A stretch of 64,000 nucleotides of DNA from Cyanidioschyzon merolae (GCA_000091205.1 AP006491.2), one strand, 5' to 3'; counted from the stretch's first letter, positions 23,126-34,919 are shown. The notes: generated from the sequence alone by a model not told the origin. Program-made: numbers and translations.

Positions 23126-25099
23126 CATCTATGCTTGGAACTGTCGTTCGCGTTATTCGGGCCTTAATCCAGCATGCGCAAGGATAGCATCACCAGGGAA
23201 CCGGGGTTTGCTACCTCGTCAGTACCTGCTCGAACCGAAACGCTTCGTCGTATGTGTAGAAGTGGCATGGATTTTTCGTGCATACGGCTCGACCGCTGTA
23301 GATGCGATCCTATTCCTGGTGCCCGCAGTTTCGCACAGGTCTACGAGACGGAAAGCACCATAAAACATTTCGAGTTTTGAGGTGTCACCGCACGCAGCGA
23401 TCACGCACCGGGCACGCGGTATTTTGGAAAGCACAACAACGCTGCGCGTTGTTGGTTTCACTGGAAAACTTGAACTGCACGAGGGTGCACATGAACGGTC
23501 AAGTAGCGTGGCATGGATGCAGGCGCTAGCAGGCCATTCCGCCTTGAGAAAGGTATGCGGGAGGAATCATTGCATAGGTTCGAGCTCATTGCAAGCTTCA
23601 CGTGAAGCGCACATTCCAGCAGTTTTGCGCTGAATCACGCCAGTATCGCACGATATCCCAGCCGCTGCTTCGTACCGCACACAGGCCTCTGTGATGAAGC
23701 GTTGCAACTTTTTGATGAAAAAGCGATTCTGTCTCTGGGGTAGGTTTTGTCGGAATATATACAGGCGTCCACCGCGTGGGAACTGTAGATTTTTGCGCTG
23801 CGATGGCCCCGGGTGCGCGTGCATCTGAGAATTCCTGCGGAAAAATTGCGGGACACTGCAAAGCTCCGCTGCAGAAAGCTCCACGCTTTTCGTTTCTTGC
23901 AACTCGTCCAGAAAAGGGATGCCGCTGAGCACGTAGCCAAGCTGGACGACAATACATGGATATACTGCAGAATGTTTCCGTGCTCTCCACCGCGTCCGGA
24001 AAGATGCTTCAGAGCCGGGCGCATACGGAAACGTGTGCTCATTCTTTACCAGTAGAAGAGCAGAATCGATTAGGTTTCTGTGAATTACCAGGAATGGACA
24101 TCCCCTGGTGGAAAGACTTTATTGCAACGCCCGCAATGAGTAGCAAAGACATTGGTTTTCGAAATCGTATCAACCCTGCCGTGCTGTTCCATACCAGGTC
24201 ATAGAGAACGCTGCAACGCAAATCGAACATCTCATTCGCGACCTGAATCGTAGCCAAGCGGAAACCGCAACACCCGTCGATATTGATTGAAAAAAGGTGG
24301 GGCCGCGCATTTCAGGGAGAGAACCTCGGGGCCCGCTTCAAGCATTCACTCGCGCTAAACCCAATGTATGCTCTCAGCTGGTGCCCTGGTTCGACCATCT
24401 TGAAGGCCAGCGAACGCAATCATACTTTGCCTCGTGATTGCCCGATGACAAGGCATCTCTGACGGCCTAAAAAAGGCAGTACGGCAGTGGCAGTTTCAGA
24501 TGTAGACCGCCGATTTCTTCCAGAGTCAGCTCCAGGCTGAGCTCGTCTTTCACCGGTGCCCAGATGCACCAGAAATACGTGTCAGCTCCGTTATGTGCAT
24601 TGCCACGAGTAGTTATCAGTTTATTGGTAAACTCGCGCTCAGGAAGGCACGCTCCGAATACGACACAAATGAATAACGTGCCTGCTCGTACGGGGCTCTG
24701 TACCCGTTTCAGATTAACCTGGAACACTGAAGTGCTCGCGCGTGCTCAGTCTTGCGATATTCTCCGTCTTTTTTTTCATATGTACACCCTCGACATTCGC
24801 ATTCCAGAAATAAACGATTATGATTCGTAAATAGTTTCGGGGTTGTCCGTCGGTGTTTCGGAGTCGCCCCTTCCACTCGCTCTAAAGCTAGAATTCAATG
24901 ACATTGCAGGAATCAAGATGATTCGAAACGCTGGCAAACGAGGCTTTGTGAGCTAACGCGAAACACCCTCAAATTCATAACCATATGCATGCACGCTTCT
25001 CTTTTCCCCTCGGGTTGCATGCTGAAATCAGGCATTCTTCACGTTTTCGATCTCCCTGGTTCAAGGCAACTCGAGGTGCAGCAATTTGCACCAATGGAT

Positions 25100-25450
25100 T
25101 GACGACGATCAAAACTCGACCTCGCTGCTCGACAACTTGTTCATGTGCGCATGCGGAAAGTGCGCTGAAGTTGTCACTTCAAATAATCGATTCCGTTCGA
25201 AGGAGAGATGCTCACCCCTTCGTAGCCATCGACGAAGCGGCATTCGAATGCAGCATAATACCTCTGATAGGATACGCTTCTAGAGGCTTCCGTCTCTTCT
25301 GTTTGGATACAGGGCTCTTGGACTCGAACCTGAGTCACTGCAGTGATCGCTTACAGTGGAGACTGCGTCACCGCCGTGCACGGACACAGCGTAGACGATA
25401 CAAAGTTTCTCGACTTGTCCTCCAGCTTGGATTCTCCTGTCGGGGCTCGC
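25100..25450 (-). repeat. partial inverted copy of dispersed repeat family R2
   Basis: aaataatcgattccgttcgaa at ~25181 is the reverse complement of ttcgaacggaatcgattattt in the R2 copy at ~39910. The conceptual translations of 24985..25491(+) and 39507..40049(-) share AHAES.L..S.QIIDSVR and RLQWR blocks. Confidence 0.4.
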
Positions 25451-26139
25451 TTCATCATGGGCGAGGTTACGAGGCACAAATCTCCTACTGAATGCGACCG
25501 TATGCGCATGCGCGCGCTGTGGATAAAGTACTTGCAGAGGGTATCGTCGCAAAGAAGCCCAGGATATTCGCGTACGGAACAGGACATAGAAAGGGAGGGA
25601 GGCACTGAGGTTCGCCTTCTCTATATGTGAAGGGCATGTAGCGAGCGATGAAGCAAGCTTCTGACGCCTCAAGGCGGTGCTTGGAGGAGGCGCTGTCGTG
25701 GACGTACGGTAATACCCGAACACAGCCAAGTGTTACCGCTGCGAACGGTGCACCGCGGCTGTTTACACAGAAGATTTAAATGGAAAGAGAAGCGTCCACC
25801 CCAGCAATTGTTTGTGCACAAACTGCATTGCCAGCAGCCAAACTCAGTGATACCTGGACAAGAACAACGTCATCAACATCCTGCGACGGCTTACAGCAGA
25901 GCTGGAGAGAATGCAGATGCCGGCGTTCGTACAGTCAGAGATTCCGAGTTCAAAGGAAAGCGATCACAGAAACAAGAACACGTGGCTGGTGCTGATGTCA
26001 GTAGAGAGTGACCCAAGCCTTCGATGGTCCACCCAAGGCATCCATTTTTTCCGTGTCGCTGTATTCCAGTCTAGGCATAGGCCAGTTGCGCGTACTCTTG
26101 TTGCTGAACCATACACGTACATCGTTGTCCGCTACGCAG

Positions 26140-26195
26140 ACAGCGCGTGCGTGCGTGCGTGCGTGCATGCGTGCGTGCGTGCCATGCCGTCCGCG
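26140..26195. repeat. (GTGC)n / (ACGC)n microsatellite
   Basis: cgcgtgcgtgcgtgcgtgcgtgcatgcgtgcgtgcgtgcc. Confidence 0.8.
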
Positions 26196-26579
26196 ATGCG
26201 GAGGCGCATCGCAGCGTGAACTGCTGGACGCGTGCGGCGATCGGAGGCGCTTCCGCCTTCCGCATCCGCACCACTCGCTGCGCCAGTGCTCTGCGAAGAA
26301 GGTTCGTGTTCACCGGCTCACAGCGTGAACGCGTGATCATCGTTTCCAGTCATCATACGTGCAAAGCGTTCGTTCCAGAAAGCTTTAGAAAACGTCGAAA
26401 GCAACAGTAAACCAGACGCACAGTAATTGGGTGCGAAAACGTATGCCCTACTTCGGAAAGCGGTTTCAAAAGAGTTACGTGCACGGAGGCACCGTTGTTT
26501 GAGCACTTGTTCTAGACAGAGCGGTTGCACAATTTTTGCAGCCAGTTATCTAGATAGAACGTAGGCTATTGCGAAAAAG

Positions 26580-28685
26580 ATGCGGCGGGCGAACTCTTGT
26601 TCAGTTCTGACAGAGAAAGACGAACCGAGCCACTGGAAAGCGCCGGCTCTGTCCCCGCTTCAGCATATGCCCCTCGGAGTGGCGTTCTGCGAGCGCCAGA
26701 CGGGCGTTCTTCGGAGTCAGGATAGTGCAACGGTTCGGGCGTTATTAGCCGACACTGTCCTTGGAACAAAGGTGACGAGCCAGCCAAAGTTTATGATGCC
26801 TGGCATGGCATCGGCGGATCCCAGCGCTGGGTCCAAAAAGCTCGCGCAGCTGGGTGATGAGGGTTTTGCGCGCTCCAGAAGCGCTTCGAGTGAGGAGCTT
26901 TCAAGAAGTGATAGCGGCGAGGAGAATGAGTTGGCGGTTCCAAACATGGATGATAACTGTTCCACCAGTGCCGTGGTACGGCGCGCTCGCGAGTTCGCAC
27001 AGAAAAAGCATCTGACACTCGATGAAATCTACCGTATCATCGAGCTTTTGTTCCGACACGCAGGTCTTGGCGATTCGAGTTCACCGGATGAGGTCGTGGA
27101 AGCACTCGGAGAGGATGGTCTCGAGCTTTTGCTTCGCTTTTATACCAGTGCGACGGAATACTACCTTAAGCAGCGTATTGAATCGGGACTGGGACGCTCG
27201 GAGCGCCTGAAAAGGGCGATGAGAGAATGGGAGGTTCATCTGCATGAAGAGGACAGCACAGAGAACGTTTCTGATAAGGAAATCGGGCAGACAGTAGGGA
27301 AACATGGAATCGATATCCCCCAGGAAAGAGCCTTTACCGAGCAGTCAGAAAAGATTCCCTCTCTGGAAGGGCTTCATCAGGAAGTCACAGAGCCGCATGC
27401 GAAACGACAGCGCACTGAGTCTGAAGGCATGTCGGCGTGCAGCTCGGGAGAGTCCTCCGAGGAACTTGATCCTCCAATGACCCTGAAGTACAAAGCCGAC
27501 ACCGAGATCGCCGTCTCGCGCATTTTCGCCTTGGGTTCGGTGGTGCCACCTCGAAATCCGCTCATCAAGCCAGACGATCCGTATGATGGACCTCCTGTGG
27601 TGACCATGACTGGATTCGGAGAACTTGGTCGCTGGGGAAACCAAATTCTGCAGTACGCCTTCCTGCGCATTTACGCGAGCAAATGCAACGCGGGTATTCA
27701 AGTCCCGGACTGGGTGGGTAAGGCCATTTTCGGTCTCAAGGATCAACCAGTCGAGCGTGCATTTCCCGCTGTGGTTGAATATGCTGAAGCAAAGGCCAAC
27801 TCTACCTTTACCTCGCAATTTCTGGACTACATTCGAGCATCGAACGCCGGCGCACCAGTCCCCGAGGTGAAAGAGTCAGACCTGGCGCCCAGCGTGGAGC
27901 CGCGTTTCGTGAATCGCGACTTTTGGGGCTGGTTCCAGTGGCACACGAGTGTCTATCGTCCGTACCGTGAGCTGCTTCGCCAGACTTTCACAGTGGTTCC
28001 GGAACTTGCCGCACATCTAGACAATGTGATTGCACGCACGTTACGTAAGACTGGCAGACGCGGCCCTGTGACGCTTGTAGGCCTACATCTTCGCCTCGGA
28101 GACTACAAGAACATTGCCGCTTCATCCTTCGGATACTGCGCCCCGACCGCGTGGTACCTCGAGTGGCTTGAGCAAATATGGCCGACGCTCTCAAATCCGG
28201 TGCTTTTCGTAGCCTCCGACGATATCGATGCAGTGCTTCGGGATTTCCGCGAGTTCAACCCGGTCACCTGCGATATGCTCGGTATCGAAATGCCACCCGC
28301 CTGGCAGGGTCTAGGTGCTGGTTTTTTCCCCGACTGGTATGTTTTGACCCAGTGCGACGTGTTGGCGATCAGCAACTCCACCTTCAGCTTCACTGCTTGT
28401 ATGTTCAACCAACGAGACGGAAGCGCAGTCGGCGGGAGGCCTCGCTTCTATCGCGCGCACTACAGCCAGCGCATGATCCCCTTCGACCCGTGGGACGCTG
28501 AACCCATCCTCCATCGCCCGGGCGGGACCTGGGACACCTTACAGCTTCTGTACCAGACACAAGGAACACGAGGGCTAGTTCGCAACGTCCTCTACGAACT
28601 ACCGTACTACCGGCTGCGGGACGTGATCATAAGGACAGTACTGCGAGCGCGAGCTCTCCGGAAGCGAGTGACGGCAAGTGCCTGA
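26580..28685 (+). CDS. GT11-like fucosyltransferase (alpha-1,2-fucosyltransferase family motifs) with a ~330-aa hydrophilic N-terminal extension
   Basis: ATG at 26580. The catalytic region carries GFGELGRWGNQILQYAFLRIYASK, matching the GT11 motif (R/K)LGNQMxQYA. It also carries VGLHLRLGDYKNI, matching the fucosyltransferase HxRRGDY motif. No transmembrane helix is visible in the N-terminal 330 aa. Confidence 0.75.
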   Translation: MRRANSCSVLTEKDEPSHWKAPALSPLQHMPLGVAFCERQTGVLRSQDSATVRALLADTVLGTKVTSQPKFMMPGMASADPSAGSKKLAQLGDEGFARSRSASSEELSRSDSGEENELAVPNMDDNCSTSAVVRRAREFAQKKHLTLDEIYRIIELLFRHAGLGDSSSPDEVVEALGEDGLELLLRFYTSATEYYLKQRIESGLGRSERLKRAMREWEVHLHEEDSTENVSDKEIGQTVGKHGIDIPQERAFTEQSEKIPSLEGLHQEVTEPHAKRQRTESEGMSACSSGESSEELDPPMTLKYKADTEIAVSRIFALGSVVPPRNPLIKPDDPYDGPPVVTMTGFGELGRWGNQILQYAFLRIYASKCNAGIQVPDWVGKAIFGLKDQPVERAFPAVVEYAEAKANSTFTSQFLDYIRASNAGAPVPEVKESDLAPSVEPRFVNRDFWGWFQWHTSVYRPYRELLRQTFTVVPELAAHLDNVIARTLRKTGRRGPVTLVGLHLRLGDYKNIAASSFGYCAPTAWYLEWLEQIWPTLSNPVLFVASDDIDAVLRDFREFNPVTCDMLGIEMPPAWQGLGAGFFPDWYVLTQCDVLAISNSTFSFTACMFNQRDGSAVGGRPRFYRAHYSQRMIPFDPWDAEPILHRPGGTWDTLQLLYQTQGTRGLVRNVLYELPYYRLRDVIIRTVLRARALRKRVTASA

Positions 28686-29149
28686 ACGGCGACACGTGCA
28701 GCGAAACATGAGTATCGTGCTGGCGTTGTGCTGGCGCAATTGGAACGCAAGAATCGACGATTTGAAAGCCGGTATGTGTACTTAAACGTTATTGTGCATT
28801 ATGTTTCCTAGTTCGAACCAGACGCGTCTCATGAGTATCAGGCGCTTTTTCATAAACTGGGTCCCGCTGTGCGGTTTTCTTATCACCTGAAGCTCAGCGG
28901 AATTCTGCATGGCATCAGTCTCGCTTGCCGCAGCAGCAGGCTATGCTCTACTCGCCGCACCTGTGCTTCGTTGCGCATCCCCGGTGACCATGTTCCCCGA
29001 AACAGCACCCAAAGTAGTATCGGGTGGCGAAAGCCACCGGAGTACCGAGAAGTCGATCGACGGAGCTGCGGGTATTTGTACAGCAGCGATCAACGATCTC
29101 TTGCACATGCCTTACAGAATGAGATCATGGAATGTGAAGCGGTCCTTTC

Positions 29150-30560
29150 GCGTCAACGCTTTTCATCTGCATTCAGACCAACGACAAACAAAAATAGAAC
29201 GATTCCGGTTAGCGTACTCGGGCATAGACTCTAAAATTGGGTCGCTTCCACGGTCATCAACACCAGCCTCTGCGAGCTTTTTCTAAGACGACTACGTATG
29301 CCCCTCCCTGATCTCTGTCTTTACGAAAGCTGGTTTCTCCCGTCGCTCCAGCTTCGTTGTCCGCAGTCGAAGGATGTTCATCACAACGTTAAAGCCCCGA
29401 TCTCGTCGCCTTCGGCTGTTATCGACGCATTTTGACCCGTAGGGAAAAGTTGCGAGCCACCTTCGGCTTGCCGTTCTCCTTTTCTTCGCATACAGCATGG
29501 GAGCGCCATTCGTATCGTTGACACCTGGTTATGTTCAGGTATTCCCATATTAAAGTCCACCAAAACGCCTCCTAGGAGCGCCGCTCTGTGACAAGTGAAA
29601 GCTCGCTTCGTCGCTCGGTACATGCTCTTCATGGGTACAGAAGGCTGGCCTCGATGCGCGCCTCGGTAACCGCGCCTGATGCCGTTCCTTGCGATCACAT
29701 ACTTCTTCAAGCCGATGCATTCGGCGACTGCTCTCTTCGCCGGGTGCGCATGTTCCCGTTATTGCAGGTGCTAAAGCATGTGTGGATCGCGATGTTGTTC
29801 ATGATGAAACAAATGCTGGAATGAAAATCCAGTCTGGAGAGCACGTCGAGAAATCGCAATTCGCCAAGGCTCCGTTCACGCAAACCGGTAACGCAGGCTC
29901 CGTTGGAGGCGATCGCTGCGATCGCTCAAGCCCGAGTCGAAGACCCTTTCCACTCGTACAGAACAGAAGAGAGTGGAGCCTATGGGAACCTATCGTCTGA
30001 AAGGTACCCTGTTGCTTTGGAATACAGTTCCGTCGATGGCCACAAATAGAAAATCTTTTGTCCTTCGAACGGACCTGATTATTTTTATTAGACAATTGCG
30101 GTGAAATTTTGGCATGCACATAGGTAAAAGTCATCGAGGGATAGAGTCGAATGATCTATTTCGCCGTCACTCCAGGAGCGCGAACTGATCCACCCACAAG
30201 TTGTCGCCAAACTGAAAGATCGAAGACTTGAAGCATTCGTAATTTGAGCACGATGCAATTCAGCGAAGGGGAATAGCGGAGGATCGTATATTTGAACTGG
30301 ATAATGATATCGGTTATTTTACCAAACCTTTTTCGGGGATGTCGCAAGTCATCTTGATTCCGATCTCGCAAAAGAATCGCAGCGACTTAGAGTCGCAGGA
30401 GCCACTCCGAAAAGACGACCGAGAATCCTAAGGGAATGTACAGACCCGTTAGCCCTTATTGCTGCACTTGGAATGTCGAAGCTGTCCATGCGAAAAATGC
30501 TCGGAAAAATCTCAAGGCAGGAACCGAGCAAGCAATTCGGTGTTCAATTTTTATCTGACA
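29150..30560 (+). repeat. dispersed repeat family R2, copy 1 (~1.4 kb)
   Basis: Shares a string of conserved blocks with the copies at ~39030-40300 and ~44850-46200. The core is ATCAACACCAGCCTCTGCGAG at 29253, 39104 and 44934. Other shared blocks are ttcaggtattcc, ttcgaacgga..attattt, ccgaaaagacgaccgaga and aaaaatctcaaggcaggaaccgagcaagca. Identity is roughly 70-80%. Confidence 0.55.
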
Positions 30561-30879
30561 CTAGTTGAGCAGCAACCGCCAGTCTGCACCAGGCATGATT
30601 TCATTCTGCGCTGCTTGCCAGAACACTGAAAACCTGTTCGGCGCGTGTGTACCAAACGCAACACACGTTCCACTGGGCAGCAGTTGGCGGGTTATCGACG
30701 CCCTTGCTTGTGAGGCACTGGACGACACCTTTGTGAGGCACTGGACGCCTCGAGCGCCAACACCAGAACTGGACGCGGGCGTTGCACTTGTAAGTACCTG
30801 TACGCAGGTGCTTTCTTCGAGCTGGGCTCGAGCGCTGCGCACGCCTTCGTAACGTGCACTGAGACCGAACACGAGGAAA

Positions 30880-32106
30880 ATGGCTGCGACATTCGGTACA
30901 GGAACACCATTTGGATCGGGATCGTCTACGGCTTTCGGAAACAGCAGCAACTTCGGAACTGCTGCCTCTGGGGGCGCTCTGAACACCGCGACACTCAACC
31001 CGAACAACGACTTTATGGTAAGTGATCCGCCAAATGATACCATTTCATCGGTGCACTTTTCACCGGCAGCGCTACTGCCCCGTAACTTTATCATCGCAAC
31101 AACCTGGGACAATGAGGTACGCCTCTGGGAAGTTCATTCCAATGGCAGTACCCAAGGTCTGGGTATGATACGCCACGAGGCTCCGGTGTTGGCGTCCGCC
31201 TGGAAGAGTGACGGCACCAGAATCTTCTCAGCCGGTTGTGATCGCATATGCAAGATGTGGGACCCAGCTACTAATGCAGTCGACACTGTCGCCTACCATG
31301 ACGGACCTATCCGTCACTGTGCGTTCGTCGGCGAGACCAGCGGCGTTGCCGGCACTCCGTTTCTGATGACAGCGGGCTGGGATCGAACCCTCAAGTACTG
31401 GGATGTGCGCGCTCCGCCCAATCCGGCACAAGGTGGTGGCGGTGCCATGGGAACCGTGTCGCTCCCGGAGCGCTGCTACGCAATGGATGTGAATGGGTCG
31501 CTCGTCGTGGTCGGAACTGCGGATCGTGAGGTGCTCTGGTTCGATCTCCGACAGCCGCTGCAGCCGGCAGGTCGAAAGACATCGCCACTGCGTTACCAGA
31601 CGCGTTGCATCTCGATCTTTGCGGATCGTACTTGCTACGCGATCTCGTCCGTAGAAGGGCGGTGCGGAATCGAGTACCTGCAGGATACTTCGAAATCCTT
31701 CGCCTTCAAGTGCCATCGCATTGATCAGGGTGCAGGCGGTCAGGAGCGGATCACTCCAGTCAACTGTGTGACGACGTACCCGTCGACCGCACCAGAGCTG
31801 GTGGACGTGCTTGCAACCGCCGGCGGCGACGGTCGGGTGAATATCTGGAATAAAGCCGCGAAAGTGAAGACCAAGGGCCTCAAAGAGGTTCCTTTGCCGA
31901 TCGTTGCCCTTGAGTTTAATGCGAATGGTGCTATCTTGGCCTACGCTATGGGCTATGACTGGAGTCAGGGAGCCAGCGGATACGCACGATTTCAGTCGGT
32001 GCCTCCCGAGCAGCGCAACCTTATTTTTCTGCACGCCGTTCAGGACGACGAGATTCGTAGCAAGAGCGCTGGGGCTCGACCGCCGGTTCGCAAGGGCCTC
32101 TTCTAA
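30880..32106 (+). CDS. RAE1: mRNA export factor Rae1/Gle2 (WD40 repeat protein)
   Basis: ATG at 30880, TAA stop. Has the FG-like N-terminus typical of Rae1 (FGTGTPFGSGSSTAFG). WD40 blades carry SVHFSPAALLPRNFIIATTWDNEVRLWEV, TAGWDRTLKYWD, RKTSPLRYQTRCISIF and FAFKCHR, closely paralleling yeast Gle2 and human RAE1. Confidence 0.9.
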   Translation: MAATFGTGTPFGSGSSTAFGNSSNFGTAASGGALNTATLNPNNDFMVSDPPNDTISSVHFSPAALLPRNFIIATTWDNEVRLWEVHSNGSTQGLGMIRHEAPVLASAWKSDGTRIFSAGCDRICKMWDPATNAVDTVAYHDGPIRHCAFVGETSGVAGTPFLMTAGWDRTLKYWDVRAPPNPAQGGGGAMGTVSLPERCYAMDVNGSLVVVGTADREVLWFDLRQPLQPAGRKTSPLRYQTRCISIFADRTCYAISSVEGRCGIEYLQDTSKSFAFKCHRIDQGAGGQERITPVNCVTTYPSTAPELVDVLATAGGDGRVNIWNKAAKVKTKGLKEVPLPIVALEFNANGAILAYAMGYDWSQGASGYARFQSVPPEQRNLIFLHAVQDDEIRSKSAGARPPVRKGLF

Positions 32107-33780
32107 GGATCGCACAGGCCAACCGCTATCCTAGGATCGCTTTCGTCGAGGTGCACAGCATCGCGGATCATTCGAGTGGCTGCAGCGTCGTTCGTGGAGC
32201 GGCAGCAGGCGGCGCATGCGCGCAGCGAGGCGTTCCACTCACAAAGTGGTGCGTTCTGGAATACCTATACCAGCATGAACGTTATGATTTTGTTTTGGTT
32301 TTCTCGTAGGCATTCAGAAATAGGAATGGAGCGCGTGGCTTCGAGAAAGATCGCGGTAAAGCTTCATGCTGTGACTGCTAGCTTGCGAATAACGGCATGA
32401 ATTCTGCAAGTTCGTCATTCTTTAGTCAGTGGATGGATGCGCCATCGCTTCACTAGTCCGTATTTCGAACATTGTGCACCAAAAGCAGAAGTTCTCAAAG
32501 CATACTTACACGACTACCTCCTCGCGAATCCATTCGACTCTGTCCGTCTTATCCGGAATACTACAAATGAAGTCGTAGGATTTGAAGTTTTCGTATCGTT
32601 CAGACAAACGGTGATGACGAGATGCAGATGGACAATGTGAAAGACGCCATCACCAAGATTGAAGCACCCAGAATTGGATGCCATGAACAGCAGCCGAACG
32701 CTACGCTCTGCAGCGTACTCAATGACCGCTTTTGCGTGATGAAAAGCGATGTTGTCTAAGGGCCGGAAAAGAGATTTTGGGAAGCAGCAGCCGCTGCATG
32801 CCTCATCGAAGAATGAGGTGATGAGTGATTCCCTCCGTTCGGCGCGTTCTAGGCGGCGAAACGATCGCGTCGCAACCAGTGCTGACGTTGGCGCCACTCC
32901 CGCTGGCCTCCTCTAAAAGAGCAGCGTTCAGCAGCTCTCTGAGTAGCGAATAATCCTGTACCATTTCTTCCAAATGAAGTCTTATCGAGTGAGGCGAGCA
33001 CCCGTTTTTCCTGGAGTAAGCGTCCGCGTTACATGACGAAACCGACAGTATGTTGTTCAACGCATGAGGGTCCCCCGTAGACGCGTGCTGCTTCATTCGT
33101 TCATCCGTGTTACTTGACCACCGTTCGGCTCGAGGGTACGGGAACTTCATATCACGAGGATTGTGCAGAAGTTTTTATTAGAAAACGTGTGCGTTGGAAT
33201 CAAATTGACATCGTGACAGTCTTTTGTATATAGTTTGATAAATACTGATTTTGGGGTGCACGAGGTTCACGATGAGGACTAGAAGAGCGGCGATTCATCC
33301 AGCCGCTGGCCCAAGGAATCGCTTGGATTCGTAAGGCGGCTTTTGCGTAAGCTAGCGGTGACAGCATATAAATGGTCTTCCCGGGCAATGCTCTCGTCCA
33401 CGAACAAGACTCGTTGTCGAATACCTGCAAGAAAAATAAACAAAAACAAAAAGAGAGTGCTTCTGCAAGTGTTCCAGAAGTAACTGCTTCGAGTTATACG
33501 AGCTTGGCTGAGCCCTGAGCAGGGCCAACAGCAGCGCTGTCGTGCGCTAGCGGCGGCACTTTTCGGCGCAGAAGTGCCGGCAGCCGTCGAGCCTGCGCTG
33601 CTGGCCGCTAAAGGAGAGTGTTATGGAGCGGACAGGTTGCCAAAGGGTCCGTGCGAGCCGCGACGCACCTGCCTTCGCACACTCCTTCTCCCGGGTGTTC
33701 CAGGTGCGGACGAAAAAAAGTCAGATCGGTAGTTTTGCAGCTTCGGAGGTATGCATGTTGAGTGTGGGTGGCAACAAGAA

Positions 33781-33884
33781 AGCCCTGTCCGCGATTCGAA
33801 CGAGATCCCTCGGAGGGTTCGGCTGTTCCGAGTCGGGACCTTCTGTTTACAAGACAGATGCTCTAACCGCTGAGCTAACAGGGC
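33781..33884 (-). tRNA. tRNA-Thr(UGU)-like gene with a 31-nt hairpin insertion between the anticodon arm and the T arm
   Basis: The minus-strand reading is GCCCTGT TA GCTC AGCGGTTA GAGC A TCTGT CTTGTAA ACAGA ... TCTCG TTCGAAT CGCGG ACAGGGC T. It has a perfect 7-bp acceptor stem, canonical D arm (A box), a perfect anticodon arm with UGU, a TTCGAAT T-loop (B box) and discriminator T. But 36 nt, instead of ~5, lie between the anticodon stem and T stem. These 36 nt form their own hairpin (CTCGGA...TCCGAG). Confidence 0.5.
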
Positions 33885-33949
33885 GGTAGTGAAATCGTTC
33901 GCAATTCCGCATATAAAGACCAAAATCCCGGTCGATGAGCAGATTTCAA

Positions 33950-34880
33950 CTCAAATGCGTTCCGCATCTCGGTGCGTGTCATTGAACGCTTTTCCGTAGT
34001 GTATAGCAGGAGCTGGAAATCACGATACAATATACCCCATATTTCGTGGACGAACGGCCTTTAGGATGTATTCTTTACCGAGGAGTGCAAGGAGGATAGC
34101 ATGCGTCCTTCAGGTCAGTTATTGCCCAGTACTCAGATGGTGAAGAACCCTGAAAGAAAGCAGGATACGCGCTCCGCGCCAAAAACCGATATGCTCACAG
34201 CGTGCTTGTGGTAAATAGTAGGAAACGAGTCGTTGATCACTGTGTAAGGTAAGCAAAGGCGGCGATAGCGGCCGCCACGTGCGTCTGTGTCGCTCAACAG
34301 CTTATTCGTGTGGTCCTGAAAACACTGGTATACAGGCGCAAAAACGTTGTAGTTTACGAACGGTCATCTTCCATCGAAATCGCACCTACAACGTTCCGAG
34401 AACGTTGCGATGAGTATGGAGCGCAGGGGCGTCGATATGTTTTTTTTCAGTCGATGAGGCCTTCTTCGGATGAATCGGTCGGGGTGTATATGGGTATTCG
34501 CGGGGTAGGCAGCCCGTTCTACGAAAGATCGAACCCGAGGTGAACGACGACATCATCATCATTATCTGCTCCAGCTGCAGTGGGTTCATTTGACGGCCTC
34601 AGTTTCGCTCGTCGAGAAGGCTGATACCACAGCATCGATCACTTTGTCGAATCATTAAAGACTTTTCCCTGGAGTCTCGCGACGTTCCTCAATTGGTAAA
34701 CGTGGTATTTCATCATTCCCGTTGCGTTCGAGCTTTTGCCGATTCTATCGCAGTAGAGCTGTTTATCATTCCTGCATGTTTTACTTGGTTCAAGCCCATT
34801 AAAAAGAATGTTTTCTATTGTGGAACTTGATGCTCGCTTCACCGGGCGAATTTGTCTGTTTGATAGAACGTTTACGCTGT
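33950..34880 (+). repeat. dispersed repeat family R1, copy A (~0.9 kb)
   Basis: Collinear ~70-75% identity with 43480..44360. Example blocks: tccttcaggtcag, gcgctccgcgccaaaaa, catcttccatcgaaatcgca, ctcagtttcgctcgt..ataccacagca..ttgtcgaatc. No long ORF. AT-richer than the flanking genes. Confidence 0.6.
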
Positions 34881-34919
34881 ACTTGGGATCTAGATTGCGC
34901 GATGGATATACGCTTTCGG

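Noticed and set aside
28811-28830. GGTTCGAAC-like B-box match that might mark another tRNA
   Set aside because: No D arm or A box, and no acceptor-stem complementarity around it.
31228-32115. 295-aa minus-strand ORF
   Set aside because: Entirely antisense to the well-supported Rae1 gene. GC-rich DNA keeps the opposite strand open.
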